Assembly: GCA_030141605.1 (NCBI GenBank)
Contig: JAQGDQ010000032.1
Coordinates: forward strand, 310,001-374,000
Length of the DNA: 64,000 nt
Direction: 5' to 3'
Source of the DNA: Tubiluchus corallicola
Lineage: Eukaryota > Animalia > Priapulida
Positions 52,401 to 64,000 of the stretch are shown here, one piece after another (the first letter of the stretch is position 1; the number at the start of each line of letters is the position of its first letter). A model generated the notes under the pieces. The model was given only the letters and a program-made list of their open reading frames with translations. It ran no database searches and was not told the origin of the DNA. Position numbers and translations under genes: made by a program.

Positions 52401-55400
52401 ATTTGTTGAAAAAGATAGCAATTTAAAAGGAATTTGTTTTAAAAATATTAGTTATAATTGGTTTTGTATAATTAATTAATCAACTTGTGGTCGGATCGTA
52501 AAACGGTACAGTCATAAGTCGGCGACTATCTGTACCTTACAATATCTACTTTACCTTAAAACTTGGCATCTTCAACACGACCAACATGTTTATACAAAAT
52601 GCAAAGCCAAGAATATCCTGCAAGATAAAAGCATACCTGAAACAGAAATAAGAAAGCGGTTACCACTTAAAGAATGAATTTGTCTTCGATTTAACATCAA
52701 TGCTTCTCATATCTGTTAGTTCTGTACAAAGATTTCAGATTACACTAATTCACCTTCTCACAAATTTAACAAGCTATTACTGTAATCTCAATGGAGTCAC
52801 ACTACTAATATATAGTTAGTAAAGGTACAATTAAGCAGTTTAAAATTTACAATTAGACTACATACAACTTGAGTATATCAGCAAAAACAGTTAACCAAAA
52901 CAACGGCTTTATGACAAACTTGCAAGAGTACATGTGACAGTCTGAAGTATCACGTAAGCTCATTCCAAACCAAACAGTACCTCCATACCATATTTCAGTC
53001 ACAAGCACCAAACTGCAAACTGCTTCAGAAGTTAAGAAAGGAAGGATAATATCTGAGTGCAATAGTTAGCATGCCTAGGACAAGTGTTTTTCTTTACCTA
53101 CATCGGAAGATACACATTGTTTCAGATTCTGAAAATTCAGACAACTCTTTCTTTCAACAATCGAATCTTTCTTTGGGAGAAATCACAATATTCCAAATTT
53201 TAAGTTCAAGGAGCTTTCATTACATTGCAGTTAAACATGTTTAAAGTGCTAACACAATTTGGCCAAATTAGTAGTCTGTGGAATCAGAACAAGTTCGGAC
53301 TCCGACAAATTTTTACCGTTGTGAAGGCTTACTTTATGTTCAAAAAATGCACAGTGAAATGCCAAATAATAATTTCGCTCTTACATATGAATAGTATGGT
53401 ATTTTTACTACTGTTGGGCACAATTTACTATTTTAAATAAAAAAATTAGATTACCATTTAAATTTTAATAGTTAATTTAAAGTTTTAGTTTTATTTTATT
53501 TGCTTTTCAGCCACTAGATGACAGCACCATGAGGGAAATGACAGCACGCAGAATTGTAGATCAACTGTCACAAACTGCCCAATGCCCACGGATAACATTT
53601 TTCATGTATTACAAGTTAATTTCTTAATTGCATATAAATTTTAATGGAAAATTTACTGTAATACAAAAATAATACAGGCTCTAATTTGTGTCACTTTTTC
53701 AAAATAAATAATAAATAAAATGTGCCCGAGGATGAAATTAAGCTAGGTCAAACCTGGTCAGCAAACAGATGAATGACAGCAGGAAAAACTGTTGCTGTTG
53801 TATTACTAGATGGCTTTTTGCCTTAACAAAGGGAGATGTACACCCACTGGAAAGCAGCTGAGATGACTGTATTGGTTCAGGGCTTCAACTTAGAACATTA
53901 TCTTCGATATAATGAGCTAAATTCCTGTTCTGTGTCACAACCTACATAACGCAGATCTACTTTACATACTCTAAGCTGAAATGTGAACCCCCGTGGAGGC
54001 ATGATAGCCAGTCAGCCACATTCTAATGAGTATGCAAATAGTCAAATGGCAAAATGGCTGAAGCAGTTTTCCACTGAATGGATTCCAGCTTGCAAAGTGC
54101 CAAACTGCATAAAAAAATTCATCGCCAACTTTCCGGGAAAACTTACCACTCATTTCTCTCAATGGCCCACCAGATGGCTAAACCAAGACTTAGGACAGCA
54201 ATCAAGATGTGCTTAGGACTAACAGCTTTGCCACAACATATCATTCTAGAATAAGCAAATTATTGTAAAGCACTGTTACATTATACAGCAATTCAATAAA
54301 AATCTGACTAAATTACTAAAACCTATTTAATTATATTTTTTCAGAGTGAAACTCACATTGCAGAGTGAAACTCATCATAACTGGGGGATAAGTTGTACAA
54401 AACGTACTGTATCTGATGTTTGGATGACTATATTACCAGCTAGAATAATAAGCTATGAACCAAGTGATCAATGTAAGCTTATGAATGCTTTTATAAATTG
54501 TCAGAAAATCGAACTGCTTTACAACTTACTCATTTGGTTTACTATAAAGTAAATGTGTTGTTGTGCAAGATAATTAAAGTAATGTTAACTGCCTTGCAAA
54601 GAACAAAACAATGCGTCAAGTCAAATGGAAATTCAGTTTGTGATAGCTAATTAACTCTGTTTGATGAAATATATAGTGCATATGCAAATAATCATAAAGT
54701 AACGTCAATTTATATATACATATCAAATCAATGCTAAGAAATAAAGGAAAGTCGGTGATGACATAAAACACGATATCTCAAGTTACCTTCTAAAAATTAA
54801 TTAAAAATGTGATTTTTGCAAATGTGACCAATTTGCTATGTGGTTCAAATAAATTAACAACAGAAAAAATATGTAGAAGAATTGCCTCAATCGTCCACAG
54901 ATTTAATTATCACGAAAAGCTTGTCAATAGTCTTACATTCATTACAAACAACAACTAATAAGAAGGCTACACAGAAAAGTCTACTGGAAAAAATAGATGC
55001 AGAATGGATATGCAGCAAATGTCTGTTTGAATTGACTCTTTTTTATTTTGTTATCACGTTTCTAAACACTACATACCTGTTTCGGGCGCACGACGAAAAA
55101 ATTGATAACAGAGCGGTGAGACACTGATAGAGTGAGAAAGCTGATGCCAAACAAAACAAAGCTATGGCAGCAAACACTTGAAAAAAAGAATAAGAAAATG
55201 TTTGTCTTGATAATTAAATATTCATAAATTGTCTTTATAAAAAATGTAACATTTACTAGCAAACTGGGATACTTTTTGCAACATTAAACGTTTGCAAATT
55301 GAGCTTTGAACAACTTGTCACATTTTATTTTGCAACTTGCATACTACTTGTAAAATTGTCTCATGTTGGAATCTTCATTATTTCTCGCTGTGACGTCAAT

Positions 55401-55922
55401 CATATGCATTCGAACAAAATTAAATGAATTTTTTCACAAACTAATGCATTCATCGTATCTGACACCTTTGCACAGAATTAATACTTGTCACACATTGGAT
55501 ATTTTTTAAGATTTCAAACATTGTACGTGAACAAAAAATATATTTTCGAAAAAATACATCAATTAAGCACCTTACCTAAGTAATCATAGAAAAAATACAG
55601 CAGCAATAGCATGGAGCACATCAAAATCACAAAGAACACAATAAACATGGGTGATATGTTGATAGTGTCTTGCTTTTTGCTACTACCTTGCCCAGCTGCA
55701 TCAAGCCTGTCACAAAAATAAGTGTTTAATTTCATAAAGACTTATTGAAGAATACATAAAGGTTAACTCCCGTGACAAATTAAATCAGCACAGGTGGATC
55801 CTTGAGCCAAATGATACAGCCGTGTATAACATATGATATTATTTTAGCACACGAGAGATGCATGACTTCATTTTATATTAAAAAATTTGAATTATTTTGC
55901 TCTATCTATCTATCTATCTATC

Positions 55923-55963
<41 letters not shown>

Positions 55964-57780
55964 TTATTTATTTTAAAAAAGTTAGATTATATTTCTTTTG
56001 TATCTGTATACTTAATTACCCCAACGAATTAAAGCCCAATTACCCAGTATCTTTTAATGCTTTAATACTTTATGTACTGTAGTTTAATGCTCTTCTCATT
56101 TAGTTTTAATGTTTTATCCAGTGCAATTCTTTTGGTGTTTTACACATGTAATGAAAAGGGATATTAAATTTACACCATTCTGCCACTTCTATCTGTATTT
56201 CTAGTCTATTACTCTGACTTTATTCACTCGGAATTTTTCTCGTGGAACAGCATTGTATGAACATCAAGGTGAAATGTACTAAATACACAACACCTGCTTT
56301 TAATAAATATTTTGAAAAAGCAAATATAACTGCTACAAATGAAACAAAATATTAATTTAAAATTAGCCAACCAGTCCACATATGGCATAATATAAGCTAT
56401 TATTATACTTTAACATGCTTACTTGCGCTCAATGTCACTCTCATATCCTGACCAGTAGCTGCCCAAGGTAACACACAGTACTGCCAGTATCCATATGATT
56501 ACAAGACTATAGTCGAGATTCAAAGAATTTTCTTCGGGTGAGTACAGGTAGACATCAATATCGGAGCCTAATTTCTGCAAAGAAAAACACTAGGCATGAT
56601 ACTGCAAATAACAAACAATTTCTTCAAGTTTCTATAAAGTGATTATTGGTATACTACTTTGCAGCAATGGCAGTTTACGGTATTGTAAATGTAAAAAGTA
56701 AAATCGTGTGTGACTGACCTGACATTCAACACACATAATCTGCATACGTTCATAAATATGGCAACTGAACAACTGAAATATTCTGCAACATCAAACACGT
56801 GTATGATGTAATAACCACAAGCTTTAAAGTTTAAAGTCCAAGTATACAAGGCGATTTTGACTGCTTGACAAAATTATTTTGAAACGCGTACTTTTGACTA
56901 ATGTTTTGCTGACAAAATTAGGGAAACATATTTCCAGATTATCCAGTGAGTTTATTCTGAACAGTTAGTTATTTTTTTATTTCGTACAACAACGCACAAT
57001 ACGTTGCAACAGTGTACAACGTATAAAATATATATATATAATTTATCAAGGAACAAAACCAACATACCTGGACTGATTCTGCATCTTCACCAGCAATAAC
57101 AGCCACGATTATGTTAATCTGACTGTATTCGGTACTATTTCCATATGGAGTTACCTACATTGAAATATGCAATTATGCTGTATCACTTACAAAACATATG
57201 GCTACCTAATGGCGCATTTAGACTGGCGAGCTTTCTCTCGCGAGTATTCATTCAGAGAACAGCTTTGGGAGCTGCTAGTTTCTGCAAACTCTCACGCAGT
57301 AGCTGCGAGTTTTCTCTGACAGTAAGAGCGAGTCGACATTTAGCAAAACTCGGGACGGTGCTTACAAAGCCGTTTACGCTTGCAAGTTTACTCTCAGAGA
57401 AAACTCAAGAGAGACTCAAACGTGTCTGAACAAGAGTTTGGAAACGAGTTAGTCCGCAAGTGCATCAATGTGTTAGTCGACTAAAGTTTCTCTGTAACAC
57501 TAACACCTGTATGTCATTTACTTATGAGTTGCCACAATAAAAAAAACAGAAAAACAAATTTCTGGTTTGCCAGCGAGCACAAAAACAATTTCTGATGCTG
57601 ACATTTTTAAACAGTTGCTAGTAAAGTAATATTAAAGATAAGAAAGAAATACGTCTTTATTTCATACATACTTACCACATTTTCTTGACTAACAATGAGA
57701 ACTCCAGAAGCTCCATTTTGTTGTGCAATAAAGGCTTTTTCTGAAAAGGTACAGTTGCCCCTGGCTTCCATAACCACAGA
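46475..57780 (-). CDS. SPPL2: Signal peptide peptidase-like 2 (SPPL2A/B-type GxGD intramembrane aspartyl protease), 5'-incomplete
   Basis: Exons 57780-57676, 57154-57068, 56574-56423, 55706-55576, 55176-55077, 54245-54147, 52636-52555, 51783-51709, 50104-49945, 49323-49246, 47712-47558 and 46621-46475 join in frame. PA-domain RGNCTFSEKAFIAQ. Catalytic LFVYDIFFVF and LLGFGDILVPG. GQPALLYLVP. Confidence 0.93.
48201..48312. repeat. Exact 53-bp tandem duplication
   Basis: ATACATATTTTGTGTAAAAACCTACCGATGGCCTCAAATACACTATTCAACTT occurs twice. Confidence 0.92.
51883..52073. mobile_element. Tc1/mariner (pogo-like) MITE
   Basis: TA-CAGTCAAACCTC ... GAGGTTTGACTG-TA termini with TA TSD. Confidence 0.88.
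52260..52534. mobile_element. Second Tc1/mariner (Tigger/pogo-like) MITE; a related right end lies at ~49688-49744
   Basis: TATAGGTGGAGGCCAACTTATGACC ... GTCATAAGTCGGCGACTATCTGTA imperfect TIRs. Confidence 0.65.
55901..55960. repeat. (TCTA)n(TA)n microsatellite
   Basis: Directly visible. Confidence 0.95.
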
Positions 57781-59764
57781 CTAGAAAACACAACAGCATT
57801 TAATAATCATAACAGCAATTGGCATTTCAATATGTCAGGACAAAAATGTCAGAGTTAGCAAGTTCTACTTTTTCAGCTTTTTAACTTAGACATGAATCCA
57901 CCCAGTTTTTAAATGTGATATTCTATTAGAAACATGAATAATACGCTACTTAAGTGTTCTAATTCCATTGCTTTCAACTCAAAAATTCTAATTATGTAAA
58001 AAACTGAATTATGAGTGCAGGTTTAATAAAGGCCAAGACTCACTTTTGCTGAATATTTACTGGGTAGAAGAATTTGGGACGCACATTAAGAAGCTGTATA
58101 GTACACACTACACTGTTTTTAGAACTGCATATATATTTGTATTGTTCAAAAAATTTTGCCCTTTTGCTATATACTACTTTTTTATGCATTAATGTGCTGC
58201 ACACTTAACTACGAATTAAAAAGTACAAAAACATTTAATGAACATAACTGTAACAAATTCTGCAGGTGTAAAACACCTTGTGAGGTTAGACTGAATTCAT
58301 AAAAATAATGATCGTGTAATTCTGTCAGAACAACAAAGAGTCAACTGTAGTGTGCGAGTATTAAAAAATAGGAGATATTTTTTCCACGGTAATAAGGAAT
58401 TAATTGAATAATCACTGTATTTAAGTAAGAAATATTTTCTTGATAATTTCTATAATAGAAATGTATCCCTCATGGGCATTTATTGGAGAAATTGCAATTA
58501 CGAAGAGCTGTTCAATTGCACCCACTAACTAATCCATGCAACTATAATAAAAAAGTAAACTTAATTTTTGTGAATTTGAAACTTCAGTTCAAGGACAAAG
58601 ATAAAAAAGATTATAATTATGCACTAAGAAATTTGGCAAAGTCAGAAATAACTTCCTAAAATTCATATAATAGAATAATATAGGTTCTTATATACCTAAA
58701 ATAAAATAAGTTAAATATTAAATTACTTAACCTTACTCAAAGGTGTAACAATTAATTTACCAAAATATTTCTATTCATTTTTATACTTTGTGGACTTTAG
58801 ATGTTACACAAAATAGAGTAAAGACCTTTCAAATACCAATTTTTTTTTTATTAGATTTGGAGAAACGAACTCAAAATTTACAAACATACAACAGCAAAAG
58901 GTGCTGCATAGAAAAATACTAGCCAAACTAGATCCAACAAAAGTTCAAAGCAATTCTTCATACAACATGCATTTATTCATTAACAGATATAAGAAAATGA
59001 TTTTAAAATGTACATTCAATACATTCAATTCTCAATTCTCTAATTTGAGCACAGTGGAGTAGTTAAGGGGGCAGTCCGCCATGGATGACACCTTTCAGAG
59101 GGCGGCACTTTGATAAAGTGCACTGAAAAAGCTGATTCTGTAGGAACAGTAAAAAAGGCGTTACAAAACTTATATAGTGCGTGTACAGTAGACAAATATT
59201 GTTGACTAATTAGCTCATCAATAATTGTTGCATAATTTGTCTATCATAATTGATGCGTCTATTGTTGTAGTCATTATGACATTTGAATTTTCATTGTTTT
59301 AGGAATAGTGCGAGTTTGCAGATGGCGGTATTTAATTTTCTTAACAGTAATTTAACAAACATTTAAATGTTATCGCCTATACCTATATAGTGCTTTTAAA
59401 CGTGCTGGGACAAGAATTTATTTATTCACAAACAAATCTTTTTAATAGCACTTTATTATTTCATCAAATTACCTCTACAAGATACTGTAATTGCAACACA
59501 ATACTACTAAATTTTACAAATCTAATATCTCAAGGATGTAGGTCTGTTGTCAATACAGAATGATTGACTAAAATTTAAATGTACATAACACAGAAAATCA
59601 GTGAAAGCAAGCATGCTGATTTTATGCTATTTGTCAATTTCAGTTATCTTAACAAGTGTACTGTTTTTTAGTATTTATTCAACATTGACAGAGTTCCCAA
59701 ACATTGTTAATCTAGTTCATAAGAAAAGGAGAAGCCTAGGTGGTAGATGCAGGACTGAGGTTTT

Positions 59765-61630
59765 CTAACCATAAAAGCTACCATAACCACCATAACTGCC
59801 ATATCCACCATAGCCTCTTCCATAGCCTCCATACAAGCTACCATAACCTCCGTAGCCTCTACCATAGCCTCCATAGCCTCCATATAAGCTTCCATAGCCT
59901 CTACCATAGCCTCCATAGCCTCTACCATAGCCTCCATACAAGCTTCCATAGCCTCTACCGTAGCCTCCATAGCCTCTACCGTAGCCTCCATAGCCTCTAC
60001 CATAGCCTCCATAGCCGCTACCATAACCACCATAACCACCATATGAACTTCCGTAGCCTCTACCATAGCCTCCATATCCTCCATAGCCTCCATAACCACC
60101 TAAACCTCCATATCCCCCAAAACCTCCATAACTGCTATATCCCCATGAGTATGTTACAGCTAGTATCTGAAAGCAAAAACAATAGTAACTTAAAAACTAA
60201 TTAAGTATTATGGTAGATGTTAAATAATACAGGTTTACTACTTTCATTCATTTCTAAGTGAAAAATAATAGAACAATGGTTATAGACATCTTTCTTATCA
60301 TCATACATGTGCTTCACCCTACTAAGGGCTTCACTGGGGACCGTAAACCAAATCAAACATAATATTATTCACTAAAACACAGTTATACAGAAGTTACACA
60401 GGTTATGCATTGAGTATGAGATATAAACATTTCAAAAAACTTAACAGAATTCTCTACATTTGTGCCAAAAGTGGAATAAAAACACAGAATTTGATGGCAA
60501 GCCATAGTTTGCTATATGCAGGCCTGATGTAGGCACTAGATAAAAAACCAACCCTACCAACACAAACTATAAGTCTGTTTATGCCCATGTACCGGAAGGA
60601 AGGTACCATCTATACTAAACCCTTCAAAAGGTTATAGTAGGTAAACTCATTTCTAGAGTTTGAACCAGGTGAATGCCTTTCAATAAATATAGTTTCCAAA
60701 CACTCTTAAATTCTAGCTTCCAAAATGTAGGAGTATTCAGGTAAGTTTTTTGAAATGTTCATAACCGATACTCAATGCATAAGCTGTGTAGTTTCTCTAT
60801 AACTGTGTTTTGGTGAATAACGTTATGTTTAATTTGGTTAAAATCCCTGGGGAAGGGAAAGCACGTGTACAACGATATCTATTAAATGAGACCGCACTAG
60901 TTGCTGCATTAGTAACCAGACTGCAAATGACAAAATGTGGCTGCACTGCAGTTTGCAATAGGTGGTGGTCATTGCAAAAGTATCACTTGCAAGTTCAAAA
61001 ATGAAATAAAATTTGTTCATAAAGACAGTGTTTTCTAAAAAGTTGATTCCAGACATAAAGCTGCAGGTCTTAATTTAGCACCTTAATTTAAATCAAAATG
61101 TGTGTATTCAACCCAGGGTTCGTTATAGGATTAGCAATTTTTATTGTCAAACATTCGTGCCAAACAGAAATCTTGTTGTTTCACTGTCATTCCATTTTTG
61201 TTGACAATTTTTGATGAATCTATTGTAAGTATGATAAGATGCAGGATTGCTATAAATAAGCCATTTTAAGCTGCAGCTATGAAGGCACAGATTCGAAAGT
61301 TCCGAGAGGATTGCTTCCAGATGCTCAATGAAAATCACAATTTTATTAATCACATTAGGTGTATTAATAAAAGCATCAAACAAAAATATTCCTCGAATTT
61401 TAGTTGAATTTTTCTACGATATGTTTGTTGGCAAGCACCCTTACGAAAGTTCTAAATATGTTATCATCAACACGTCCTTAATAAGTCATAAATCTTGCAA
61501 GTATAACTCTTTGACTTTATCCTCCAGGCAAATCCAGCTGTTCAACTAAAATAAATTTTCTGAATTTTTCATGACAAATTAAAATGCAAATTTCACTTGC
61601 AAATACTGTCTTGCCTAAAAAGTATATAAA

Positions 61631-61667
<37 letters not shown>

Positions 61668-62298
61668 TGTGTTTGATTACATGCTATGCTTGCACTTTTA
61701 GCCAAGTGTTGATTTTGGTGAATGGTTGAAGATATGAAGATATATTGCATACTGTGAATTAATAAATTCTACGTAAAAAGTTACATCTGTATAATTATGT
61801 TCACTGTCTATCAGTTGCAATCAATATTTGATACTTTCCTAAACCTTTTAGATTAAAAACATCAAATGTTCCTTTGAAGAAGAGCACATAATTATTTGAA
61901 ATACAATGAAACTGTATCTCATGCATTAACAGAATACCACATTTCTTATCTTCTAAAACAATTTTCCAATTTTAGCTTAGCATTTTACATTTGTTCTCAC
62001 TAAGGATCTCGCTAAGAATTTATCAACTAAAAACATGTTCTAACAAAACTGCCGTTACAGTAAATAAACATAAACCAGTCTACTACATAAAAATTATTTT
62101 ATACACTACACAATTTTCTAATTCTCCCTTCAGGTTTATTCATAAACTTGATTCTTTCCTCAAGCAATTTACGGAAACAGATTAAATCGTGCAAGGGCAG
62201 TGAAAAACAGTTAAATATTTTATAAACGTCAAAATATGTTAAGACTTTACACTTACAGATGCAAGAACTAACAACATGAAAACGAATTTGGACTCCAT
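59765..62298 (-). CDS. Secreted Gly/Tyr-rich GGYGRG-repeat protein (147 aa; coding exons 62298-62257 and 60166-59765)
   Basis: MESKFVFMLLVLAS|ILAVTYS signal peptide is split by a phase-0 GTAAGT...TTTCAG intron. Mature part WGYSSYGGFGGYGGLGGYGGYGGYGGYGRGYG...(GGYGRGY)n...SFYG*. 5' UTR exon ends at 62886 (GTGAGA donor) and splices to the acceptor before 62326. AATAAA at 59679-59674. Confidence 0.88.
60325..60860. mobile_element. Fold-back/MITE element with >100-bp imperfect inverted arms, inside the intron of the GGY gene
   Basis: 60345-60445 (AAACCAAATCAAACATAATATTATTCACTAAAACACAGTTATA...TTATGCATTGAGTAT...CATTTCAAAAAACTTA) is the reverse complement of ~60742-60842. Confidence 0.8.
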
Positions 62299-62976
62299 TT
62301 TAAATTCTAAGCACACTCTTTCAGTCCTGTAAAAATGTAATGAAACATGTTCACACATATTACTTCTACTACTATTACTGTAAAATTACTTGCAGTAAAA
62401 ATGTTTCTGGTAAATGCCTTTGGGAGAAAAGCAGTACTTATTTAACTCTTAGTACTTTACAGAAGCACAAGATAGAGCAAAAATATCACTGAAGGAAATG
62501 CTTCAAAAACAGTTTATTGGAGTAGCAAAAAGTGAAGAATTAATAAGTGCGTTAAACAGAAAATTAATACTTAAATATACTAATTAATAATTAATTTTAT
62601 GAAATCAAGAACTAAAAATGCAAATAAGAATATAATTTATAATAACTTAGAATATAATAACTCAGAATGTGAATTTAGAAGTAAGAATTGTACAAACATT
62701 AAACAACATGAGCATGTGATTGTGATAAAAAAAATTACAAAAAACAACAATACAAAAAACTGAATTATGAAATCGGACGTTACACTTAGTAGTTTGTACA
62801 GAACTGAAATTGAAAATTAATGAAAATACGTTACAAAAAGTTTGAAAGACTTGAATATAAAACGAACAAAAATTGAAATTCTCACCTAGGTTAGATGATC
62901 AAAAAAGTAGCTGTGCTTTGACCACTGCTATAGTCTAGAACTTTCTAGTCTAGAAATAACATCCAGGACAGGATGG

Positions 62977-62984
62977 TTTTTATA
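62977..62984 (-). promoter_or_regulatory. TATA box of the GGY-repeat gene
   Basis: GCTATAAAAA on the minus strand, ~90 bp upstream of the first splice donor (62885); consistent with a TSS near 62950. Confidence 0.6.
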
Positions 62985-64000
62985 GCATAATTAATGCAGT
63001 ATGCTGATGCATGACAAAATATAGGAGCTCCGCCGAATTTCAATTTCCCTGCCGCATGTTACATGAAAGAATCACATGTCCTTGATACCAGTCAAATGTC
63101 ATAAATTATTATTTGATAGCGTGACCCTAGGGCTAACTGTCTATCAAAAAATGCTATCTATTTAAAGATTAGCCTTGACCAAAATGTACAGGTAATGTAT
63201 AATATCGTACGATTTTGAACCAGCATTCATGATTAAACTTGTTCTAAGCTCAGAGTTAACTATTCTAAAAAACAAATGTGTGGGACAGGATGTAATGTTT
63301 GCATACTATCGAATTATAAGCTGTACTGTTGAAAGTGAAGGCTAGCTGAGTTTCACGTTTTGCCAGTTTGCTTTCACATATATAATCAGACATACAAAAC
63401 TGCTTATTAATTATTTACCTTACAAAGGACAAAACCAAATCAAAATCAGTACTTAGCAAAGAATTCAAGCTGACACTAGGATAACACAATTAACTCTTAA
63501 TGATAAGAATAGTGACAATTGAATTAAAAAAATCTTACAATTACAAAACAAGAAAAAAGGAGACAGAGAAGATGTTTCAAAGAACCACTGTACTTTATCT
63601 TTTCTCTTCCACGTGAAGATAAAGCACAATGGTATGTTGAAATGTTGTGTCTTTTCTTTCTTGTTTTTAATTGTGAAATTTTTTAAATCACTGACGACAG
63701 AAATTTTGCTAAATTGTTCGACACAGTGTAACGCATAAAACTGTGCACATATTAAATAATCATCATATTAGTAGTGGGACGGGCCAGAGTAAAAAAAAAA
63801 TCAAATGTTAATTTCATCAGCTGCTCTGTAGCGCATCACCAGGATGTACATGTGTGTGTACGCAATACAGATATGTGCAATTGCAGTCTCTGGCTTGTAA
63901 GTGATAGTATGATGAAAACGTGAGAAGAAAATGTTAGAAACTAACTGTCACAAAAGAAACATAACCAGTTCTACCACTATTGCCAAGCCACATTAAAATC

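Noticed and set aside
54935-55025. LFCVA-containing segment resembling an SPPL2 TM exon
   Set aside because: Donor is out of phase; the true exon was found at 54245-54147.
59707-60204. MEA-repeat and His/Ser/Leu-repeat ORFs in the track
   Set aside because: Alternative frames of the GGY-repeat exon, whose real frame has splice and signal-peptide support.

Overview
AT-rich, intron-containing invertebrate animal DNA, not prokaryotic. The nAChR subunit type suggests a protostome, but the taxon cannot be fixed from this window. Genes were reconstructed by hand from splice sites and reading frames. (1) First coding exon of a secreted thioredoxin/PDI-fold protein (- strand, ~8.7-8.9 kb). (2) A complete 12-coding-exon CatSper2 sperm Ca2+ channel alpha subunit (+, 12317-21996), probably with one GC-AG intron. 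(3) A ~580-aa Gly/Tyr/Asn/Asp/Arg-rich low-complexity protein (-, ~23.5-25.5 kb) with a nearby inverted partial copy. (4) A nicotinic acetylcholine receptor alpha subunit (+, 37821-44102; signal-peptide exon unresolved) with an unusually long loop-F insert bounded by in-frame splice sites. (5) An SPPL2-type intramembrane aspartyl protease (-, 46475-57780; 5' end unresolved). (6) A small secreted GGYGRG-repeat protein (-, 59765-62298), missed by the ORF track and possibly nested in an SPPL2 intron. Intergenic and intronic DNA holds decayed LINEs, Tc1/mariner and hAT remnants, many MITEs and hairpins, and microsatellites. An RTE-LINE-like 5' end at ~2.3-2.5 kb carries a partly decayed HDV-like ribozyme fold. 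Family assignments come from recalled motifs; no database search was run.
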